Shown piece by piece: positions 58,535-64,000 of a stretch of DNA of 64,000 bases (its first letter is position 1; every line of letters starts with the position of its first letter). The notes beneath the pieces were generated by a model that was not told where the DNA came from, made no database searches, and worked only from the letters and a program-made list of their open reading frames with translations. Source of the DNA: Clostridia bacterium (GTDB taxonomy: Bacteria > Bacillota > Clostridia > Oscillospirales > CAG-272); the NCBI GenBank assembly GCA_017937135.1, contig JAGBEE010000020.1:142296-206295 (forward strand). Direction: 5' to 3'. Position numbers and translations under genes: made by a program.

Positions 58535-60247
58535 TTATTTTAAGTATTTTTCGCCAAGTGCGTAAATTACCTTGATAAATTCTTTTAGTTCTCCCTGCTT
58601 GCTCTCCTGTAAGTAAATTTCAGAATAATCCTTAATCCATTTTTCAAGATAGCTAAAAATTACTCCAAGCTTCTCTCCTGTTATTTTGGACATAAGCATT
58701 GAAATCATATATTCTATACCTTGGACAACTACCAACAATGCTTTTCTTGCCTTTTCATTTTCCCAGGTTGTTGCTTCAAGATAAGGGATAATATCCTCGC
58801 ACTCATAGAATGCCTTATTCAAATCGTCTGGATTTGGTTTGTTCCATGACTTCATCACGTCGTTTGAATATAATTCATTTGAATAATCGCAAACAAGGTT
58901 ATACCAATAATTAACACGATGTATTCTGGATATTTGGTTAACAAGCTTTGATGCCCCATTATATCCATAATAAAGCTTATCAATTGCTTCATCAAAATTA
59001 TTATATTCGCACTTAACATTCCAGCCCTTAGCTGCGCTGTATATCAAGCCATACATACAAGCATATATTGGTGAAATGTGTCCGTAATCTCCCCAACAGG
59101 TGGTTAAGATGCCCTTAGCACCAACTGAATAGCCATATTCAGCCATTTTTGTAATGTTTGGAATGGATACATGAGTAAGCTCGGTTAAGGATGTCCAGTT
59201 ATTAAGTCCAGGACAAACATATTGTGGTTTTTTTGCATCTCTAATTTTATATATCATTTTGGGGTCGGGATTTGCGTCATATCTCCAGCTGAGGAATAAA
59301 ATGTCTTCTCCCAAATCAGCGATTAAATCAGAATGCTCTGCGATAATATCGCCCCACATCATAGGCTTTTTGCCTTTTGATTTTACGTAGTCGAGCACCT
59401 TTTTTACAAAATCAACGTATATCTTCCCCTTGTCTTTTCCTTGATTTCTACCTCTACCAAGGTCAAATGTTTCATCACAGCAAATATTGAATTTATCGCT
59501 TGTGAAAAGTGGTGAATATTGGTCTATTAGGCTCTTTATTAGCTCAATGCTCTCTGGATTTGATGGATCTATTGTATGATGTGCCATTCTCTCACACCAG
59601 AAGATGGTGGAATTTTTATAATCAGGAAGCTCGCAAAGATGTTTGTATTTATCACTTTCCAAAAGCTCATATAGGTGACCGAAGCATGATAGTGATGGTA
59701 CAAGCTCAATAAAATTCTCTTGACAATACTTATCAAGCTCCATTGTTTCCTCGGGTGTCATATAGCCTGTTCTTTGGTATATTCCGTCATACTCCTTGAA
59801 GGGGAAAACGTGCTCTACATAGAGCTGAAGCATATCAATTTTATAATATGCCAAATTATCTACAAGCTCTTTTAATGTATCAAGAGTTGGTATTCTTCCT
59901 CTTGTTATATCATAATAGAAGCCTCTTGTTTCAAAATCAGGAGAGTCAATTATCTCGCAAGCATCACAAGTGCCATTCTTTATTATTTGGCGCAGAGTTT
60001 GAATGGCATAAAATGCTCCCTTTTGTGATTTTGCTTCAATTTCAATGCTATTTTCTGACAGGGTCATTTTATATTCAACCTTACCCTCGTCGCTAACATT
60101 TATTTTTACATTGGTTTTACCGTTTTTAATATTCTTAGTTGCATTTATTACTCTTTTATCTATATTTACACCAAATTCAAAGGTGCAACCATCAATTTTA
60201 AATTTCTCACATTTTTTTGTGCTTTTAACCTCAGGTATTAAATACAT
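58535..60247 (-). CDS. GH20-like beta-N-acetylhexosaminidase family protein, no signal peptide (570 aa)
   Basis: N-terminal GH20b-like domain, then IIDSPDFETRGFYYDITRGRIP...LQLYVEH and CCDETFDLG (D-E pair context). Confidence 0.7.
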   Translation of the reverse strand: MYLIPEVKSTKKCEKFKIDGCTFEFGVNIDKRVINATKNIKNGKTNVKINVSDEGKVEYKMTLSENSIEIEAKSQKGAFYAIQTLRQIIKNGTCDACEIIDSPDFETRGFYYDITRGRIPTLDTLKELVDNLAYYKIDMLQLYVEHVFPFKEYDGIYQRTGYMTPEETMELDKYCQENFIELVPSLSCFGHLYELLESDKYKHLCELPDYKNSTIFWCERMAHHTIDPSNPESIELIKSLIDQYSPLFTSDKFNICCDETFDLGRGRNQGKDKGKIYVDFVKKVLDYVKSKGKKPMMWGDIIAEHSDLIADLGEDILFLSWRYDANPDPKMIYKIRDAKKPQYVCPGLNNWTSLTELTHVSIPNITKMAEYGYSVGAKGILTTCWGDYGHISPIYACMYGLIYSAAKGWNVKCEYNNFDEAIDKLYYGYNGASKLVNQISRIHRVNYWYNLVCDYSNELYSNDVMKSWNKPNPDDLNKAFYECEDIIPYLEATTWENEKARKALLVVVQGIEYMISMLMSKITGEKLGVIFSYLEKWIKDYSEIYLQESKQGELKEFIKVIYALGEKYLK

Positions 60248-60298
60248 AACATATTCCTCTTTTCGTTTTGTTCGCATTACGCGTTATTTACTCTATAT

Positions 60299-60327
60299 AT
60301 AATAACATACAATATTTTTCAAGTCAA
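60299..60327 (-). promoter_or_regulatory. sigma-A promoter for the GH20-like/DUF368 pair
   Basis: Minus strand: TTGACT, 17 nt, TGtTATTAT. Confidence 0.5.
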
Positions 60328-60438
60328 TATTTATCGAAATTTGTCATTAAAAAATCTGTTTTGTATTACTTTTTTCGACGATTTTTTTATATTCATGATA
60401 TTAAAATTATTTAAAAGGAAGGTGAAACTATAAGGACT

Positions 60439-60768
60439 ATGGAAAAAATCAAATTTAATTTTGAGAATAACGTATTAAGCGCAAGAATCGTTGGGGATAT
60501 TGACCACCACTCCGCAAGAGGAGTTAGGGAGAAAATAGATTCTGTAATTTTTGATAAAAAGCCTCTTACTGTGCTTCTTGATTTGAGCACTGTTGATTTT
60601 ATGGACTCGTCGGGCCTTGGGTTAATTTTAGGAAGATTTACTGTTTGCAGTGAAATAGGTGCTGAATTTAAGATATATAAGCCTTCAAGAGGGGTTAAAA
60701 AAATTCTTGAGCTTGCAGGAATTGAACGACTTATGAAAATAGTAGGAGATGATAGCGATGAAGCGTAG
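60439..60768 (+). CDS. spoIIAA: anti-sigma-F factor antagonist
   Basis: STAS domain: GDIDHHSA and the phospho-serine context DLSTVDFMDSSGLGLILGR. Confidence 0.9.
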   Translation: MEKIKFNFENNVLSARIVGDIDHHSARGVREKIDSVIFDKKPLTVLLDLSTVDFMDSSGLGLILGRFTVCSEIGAEFKIYKPSRGVKKILELAGIERLMKIVGDDSDEA

Positions 60769-61186
60769 TGAAAATCAAATGAAATTATATATTCCTTCTC
60801 TTTCAGTAAATGAAGGCTTGGCAAGACAAGCTGTGGCTGTATTTGTCGCGCAGTTAAATCCAACAATAGAAGAAATTTCAGATATAAAATGTGCTGTTTC
60901 TGAGGCAGTTACAAACTGTATTGTTCATGGCTACAAATATAGTAGTGGAATAATTTACATAGGAGTCAAATATTATTCCGACAGGACGGTGGTTATCGAG
61001 ATAAGGGATAATGGATGCGGTATTGAAAACGTTGATGAGGCGATGACTCCGCTTTTTACAACCGACACAACTGGAGAGCGAAGTGGAATGGGCTTTGCAG
61101 TAATGCAGACCTTTATGGACAAGCTTGTTGTTCGTTCTAAAAGAGGTGAGGGTGTTCGCGTCCAAATGACCAAAAAGCTCGGCTAA
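60758..61186 (+). CDS. spoIIAB: anti-sigma-F factor (serine kinase)
   Basis: GHKL ATPase motifs: EAVTNCIVHG, IRDNGCGI, GERSGMGF. Confidence 0.9.
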   Translation: MKRSENQMKLYIPSLSVNEGLARQAVAVFVAQLNPTIEEISDIKCAVSEAVTNCIVHGYKYSSGIIYIGVKYYSDRTVVIEIRDNGCGIENVDEAMTPLFTTDTTGERSGMGFAVMQTFMDKLVVRSKRGEGVRVQMTKKLG

Positions 61187-61187
61187 A

Positions 61188-61907
61188 ATGAATTATAATA
61201 ACAATCACGATTTACTTTTGTTAGCAATAAAGGGTGACGAAAAGGCGACAGAGGAGCTTATTAGAAACAATTTAGGGCTTGTTCGCTCTATTGCTCTGCG
61301 TTTTCGTGACAGAGGCGTTGAGTATGAGGATTTAATTCAAATTGGTTCTATTGGTATGCTAAAGGCAATACGAAGCTTTGATTTAGAAAAGGGTACTGCC
61401 TTTTCAACCTATGCTGTACCTCTTATAATCGGAGAAATAAGAAAATTTATAAGAGATGACGGACTTATCAAGGTTAGTCGCGTTTACAAGCAGCAAAATG
61501 CTCTTTTAATGAAGGAAAGAGAAAAATATATGCTTGAATTTGGAGAGGAGCCTAAAATTGAGGAGCTTGCAAAAAGATGCTCCTTGACAACGCAGGAGGC
61601 TGTTATTGCTATGGAAGCGACAGCAAGTGTCACTTCTCTTTCAGCGTCAATAAATGGAGAGGATGAAAGCTTTACCCTCGAAAACACTCTTAGTGAGGAA
61701 AAAAGCGATATTGATGCTAAAATTGAGCATATTGCACTTGCACAGGCTATTTCATCATTACCACCATTGTGGCGCAAAATTATTACTCTTAGATATTTAA
61801 AAGAATATTCTCAGCAAACAACTGCAAAAATCCTTGGTCTTACACAGGTAAAGATTTCAAGAGAGGAAAAGAAGATATTTGAGGTTCTAAGGCGAGAATT
61901 ATCATAA
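61188..61907 (+). CDS. sigF: sporulation sigma factor F
   Basis: Region 2 DLIQIGSIGMLKAIRSFD...FSTYAVPLIIGEIRKFIRDD, and its position after spoIIAB. Confidence 0.93.
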   Translation: MNYNNNHDLLLLAIKGDEKATEELIRNNLGLVRSIALRFRDRGVEYEDLIQIGSIGMLKAIRSFDLEKGTAFSTYAVPLIIGEIRKFIRDDGLIKVSRVYKQQNALLMKEREKYMLEFGEEPKIEELAKRCSLTTQEAVIAMEATASVTSLSASINGEDESFTLENTLSEEKSDIDAKIEHIALAQAISSLPPLWRKIITLRYLKEYSQQTTAKILGLTQVKISREEKKIFEVLRRELS

Positions 61908-61932
61908 AAATGGTGCTTTTGCACCATTTTTA
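61906..61932 (+). terminator. spoIIA operon terminator
   Basis: atggtgc tttt gcaccat followed by TTTT. Confidence 0.85.
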
Positions 61933-61965
61933 TTTGGTTTCTTATAAATTTAGAAAAAATTTCAA

Positions 61966-61994
61966 TTGACATAACTAAATAATTGATGTATAAT
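61966..61994 (+). promoter_or_regulatory. sigma-A promoter for ppa
   Basis: TTGACA, 17 nt, TATAAT (perfect hexamers). Confidence 0.65.
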
Positions 61995-62039
61995 CTCTAT
62001 GTATAATATTTTATCTTTTAATACTATGGAGGTTTTATT

Positions 62040-62567
62040 ATGAATCCTTGGCATGATTTTGATGATAAAAGAATACAAAGTGAAAAATTTATTTCAGTTA
62101 TAGAAATTCCTAGGGGTAGCAAAAACAAATATGAGCTTGATAAGGAAAGTGGTCTTTTGCGCCTTGACAGAATCCTTTACACATCAACACACTACCCTGC
62201 CAACTACGGCTTTATTCCAAGAACACTATCAGAGGATGGTGACCCTCTTGATGTGTTGGTGCTTTGTCAAGAAAGCCTTGAGCCTATGTCTATTTTGGAA
62301 TGCTATCCTATCGGTATGATTTCAATGATTGACGAGGACGAGGAGGACGAAAAAATCGTTGCTATTCCAATTAACGACCCATTTCTTAATTCTTATAGTG
62401 ATATTTCAGAGCTTCCTCAGCATCAATTCCATGAGATTAAGCACTTTTTTGAGGTTTATAAATTCCTTGAAAACAAGCAAACTCGCGTTGATAAAATTGT
62501 AGGTCGCGAGGAGGCTATTGCATCTATCGAAAAGTGCAAAAAAGCATACCTTCAAAGGTATAAATAA
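62040..62567 (+). CDS. ppa: family I inorganic pyrophosphatase
   Basis: IEIPRGSKNKYE, YPANYGFIP, DGDPLDVLV. Confidence 0.95.
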   Translation: MNPWHDFDDKRIQSEKFISVIEIPRGSKNKYELDKESGLLRLDRILYTSTHYPANYGFIPRTLSEDGDPLDVLVLCQESLEPMSILECYPIGMISMIDEDEEDEKIVAIPINDPFLNSYSDISELPQHQFHEIKHFFEVYKFLENKQTRVDKIVGREEAIASIEKCKKAYLQRYK

Positions 62568-62569
62568 TC

Positions 62570-62654
62570 GCAGGCGTGGCGGAATTGGCATACGCGTTGG
62601 TCTCAGAAGCCAATGAAGCAATTCTTGTGAGTTCAAATCTCATCGCCTGCACCA
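62570..62654 (+). tRNA. tRNA-Leu (anticodon CAG), type II with long variable arm, CCA encoded
   Basis: Hand-folded. Acceptor GCAGGCG/CGCCTGC; D arm GCG-GAATTGGCATA-CGC; anticodon stem TTGGT/GCCAA with loop CTCAGAA; variable arm about 15 nt; T arm GTGAG-TTCAAAT-CTCAT; then ACCA. Confidence 0.93.
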
Positions 62655-62657
62655 GAA

Positions 62658-62692
62658 AAACGACAAATTTCGAAATGAATTTGTCGTTTTTC
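62658..62692. terminator. bidirectional terminator shared by the tRNA and the convergent 283-aa gene
   Basis: 11-bp stem aacgacaaatt/aatttgtcgtt, flanked by A5 and T5. Confidence 0.85.
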
Positions 62693-62700
62693 TTTTGATT

Positions 62701-63552
62701 TCACACTATATTGGCTTCTGCAACTTGTCCGTATTCGTCAAAAAATATCCAGTTTTCTTGATATACTCCGTTTTCGTCATATCCTCCAAGTCTTGGCTCT
62801 GCGTGTATATATCCACCGATTATTTTCAATTGCTCTCTTAATGTGCATTGTGTCATTGTAAACTCGGGAGCAAGCTCATTTTCCCATTTCTTTGCTTGTA
62901 CAGGGTTCAATGTGTACTTGGGCTTTTCCCCCTCATAAATAGGTTGACATAGGTCTAAAACTCGGTTGATACAACTCGTTATAGTCCAAGGCTTTGTGGG
63001 ATATCGGTTTTCTGCTACTGATAAGGGTTTTGTCGTGATTGTAATATTGTGAACATTTGTAAGTGGTTCTCCTAAAAGCATTCTTGTATAAGTTAGGGAT
63101 GCTTTAATTACAAATGTAGTTAAATTTGAAATTGCCACACTCTGCGCCAATGTATACGTTTTGGTAGAATCATTTTCAATTAATTTTATTTCTGTTACTT
63201 CACCTCCATAACTCTCGTATTCAATGTCCGATGGGTTGTTTTTTGCATAAGCCTCTGATATATTTTCTCCTATTTGGTCAAACGAAAGAAAGTTAACAAC
63301 TTTAGGCAGAGGAATTATAAATGGGGAAGGCTCTCCATTTAAGTTAATCAAATTTACATTTGGGAATTGTTCCTCATAAACTTCCTCATCATAACTTGCT
63401 ACCCCATTACCTCCAACGACATTAGGCTTTGGTATTTCAACTTGAAAATAGTTAACTCCTAACGAATTTGTAAAAGTTAAAGATTGGCACAGTATGCCTT
63501 CAAGTAATTTTGTTCTTTCGACTAAGTATAAATCGTGTGTGTAAGATTTCAT
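62701..63552 (-). CDS. hypothetical 283-aa soluble protein (no family recognised)
   Basis: Clean ORF with an AAAGGAA SD and a terminator directly after the stop. No TM helix, signal peptide or catalytic motif was recognised. Confidence 0.7.
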   Translation of the reverse strand: MKSYTHDLYLVERTKLLEGILCQSLTFTNSLGVNYFQVEIPKPNVVGGNGVASYDEEVYEEQFPNVNLINLNGEPSPFIIPLPKVVNFLSFDQIGENISEAYAKNNPSDIEYESYGGEVTEIKLIENDSTKTYTLAQSVAISNLTTFVIKASLTYTRMLLGEPLTNVHNITITTKPLSVAENRYPTKPWTITSCINRVLDLCQPIYEGEKPKYTLNPVQAKKWENELAPEFTMTQCTLREQLKIIGGYIHAEPRLGGYDENGVYQENWIFFDEYGQVAEANIV

Positions 63553-63564
63553 ATTATTCCTTTC

Positions 63565-63593
63565 TTGACATTTCTTTCTTTTCGTGATATAAA
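63565..63593 (+). promoter_or_regulatory. sigma-A promoter
   Basis: TTGACA, 17 nt, TGaTATAAA (extended -10), 8 nt upstream of the AAGGAG SD. Confidence 0.6.
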
Positions 63594-63613
63594 ATATATT
63601 AAGGAGTGATATT

Positions 63614-64000
63614 ATGAAAAAAATGTGTGCTTAATTTTGATAATGTTTTTAATTATTATTTTGTCAATTGTTTCAGTTGTAGGGTTGTTTTACTATGCGA
63701 GTTTAGTAAGTGGAGATATTGAATATTATCAACAATTTAATGGAAATGAAAAGGCATTAGAAAAAATGCAACTTCAATTATTTTTCTACTATTTTTCAGC
63801 AGTGTTGCTTATCTTGCATTCTTTGATAATTGGATTAGCGCTTTTTATGTACGTAAGAAAATCAAATATTATGTTTTTCACTAAATACACCTACGAAGAA
63901 TACAAAGAAGCAAGACAAAAGAAAAAGGCTGAAAAGGAAGCAAGGAAAAAAGCTGAGAAAAAAGCTGATTTAGAAAAACAATTACAGGAAATAGAAAAGG
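63614..64000 (+). pseudogene. two-TM, Lys/Glu-rich coiled-coil membrane protein, apparently frameshifted in an A7 tract (or starting internally at ATG 63643); runs off the window
   Basis: AAGGAG plus ATG 63614 opens only MKKMCA-stop. The long frame (63643 onward, MFLIIILSIVSVVGLFYY...KKAEKEARKKAEKKADLEKQLQEIEK) has no SD of its own. One extra A in 63617-63623 would fuse the two frames. Confidence 0.45.

Noticed and set aside
60328-60438. Sigma-H promoter and Spo0A boxes upstream of spoIIAA. Candidates are TATCGAA at about 60340 and TTCGACG at about 60376, each one mismatch from the 0A box TGTCGAA or its complement.
   Set aside because: I could not find a convincing AGGA…GAAT sigma-H pair at a sensible distance. 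One-mismatch heptamers are expected by chance in AT-rich DNA.
62655-64000. Prophage or integrative element inserted at tRNA-Leu.
   Set aside because: The visible 1.3 kb has no integrase and no repeat of the tRNA 3' end. The gene next to the tRNA has its own proper terminator, so it was not truncated by an insertion. The idea is kept only as a hypothesis in the findings.
1-64000. Whole-window scan by eye for CRISPR arrays, IS or transposase genes, rRNA, group II introns, reverse transcriptases, toxin-antitoxin pairs and known defence-system signatures.
   Set aside because: None found. The only repeats seen are the short regulatory ones reported above and the protein-level repeats of the lipoprotein. 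A by-eye scan cannot exclude degenerate or very short elements.

Overview
This is a visibly AT-rich chromosomal segment (GC not computed) from an endospore-forming, low-GC Firmicute that looks like Clostridia. It is almost entirely core housekeeping DNA with very high coding density. The spore-former call rests on sigK, spoIIAA-spoIIAB-sigF, a pdaA-like deacetylase and SpoVD/SpoVE-type genes. Main blocks in order:
- gltX-glnS tandem.
- Firmicute-type glycogen operon glgB-C-D-A-P plus a GH13 gene.
- GNAT gene and proC.
- A small cell-envelope accessory block: DUF624-like membrane protein, two NodB deacetylases, a YtxH-like protein and a 902-aa repeat lipoprotein.
- dcw cluster mraZ-rsmH-(FtsL-slot ORF)-pbp-murE-murF-mraY-ftsW-murG, with no murD.
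- coaD, rsmD, uvrC, ptsH.
- glyQS, then T-box-controlled ileS.
- prfB and a TrmH-type methyltransferase.
- A long operon: DUF512, der, plsY, methyltransferase, aldolase-like, luxS, mtnN, isomerase-like.
- sigK, tmcAL, ackA, fucU, comFC, recD2.
- metK behind a SAM-I riboswitch.
- DUF368 and GH20-like genes.
- The spoIIA operon, then ppa and tRNA-Leu(CAG).
- After the tRNA, two uncharacterised genes at the window edge.

I found no CRISPR array, IS element, integrase, rRNA or obvious defence system, and I cannot point to a convincing novel multi-gene system. The observations most worth follow-up are:
- The enzymes packed around pfs-luxS.
- A phased AAAGTGG direct-repeat operator in the mraZ leader.
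- A tail-anchored protein in the FtsL slot, followed by an intra-cluster terminator.
- A tRNA that starts 2 nt after the ppa stop codon.
- The post-tRNA region, with an orphan 283-aa protein and a gene apparently frameshifted in an A7 tract.

All functional calls come from reading motifs in the supplied or hand-made translations. No database search was run.
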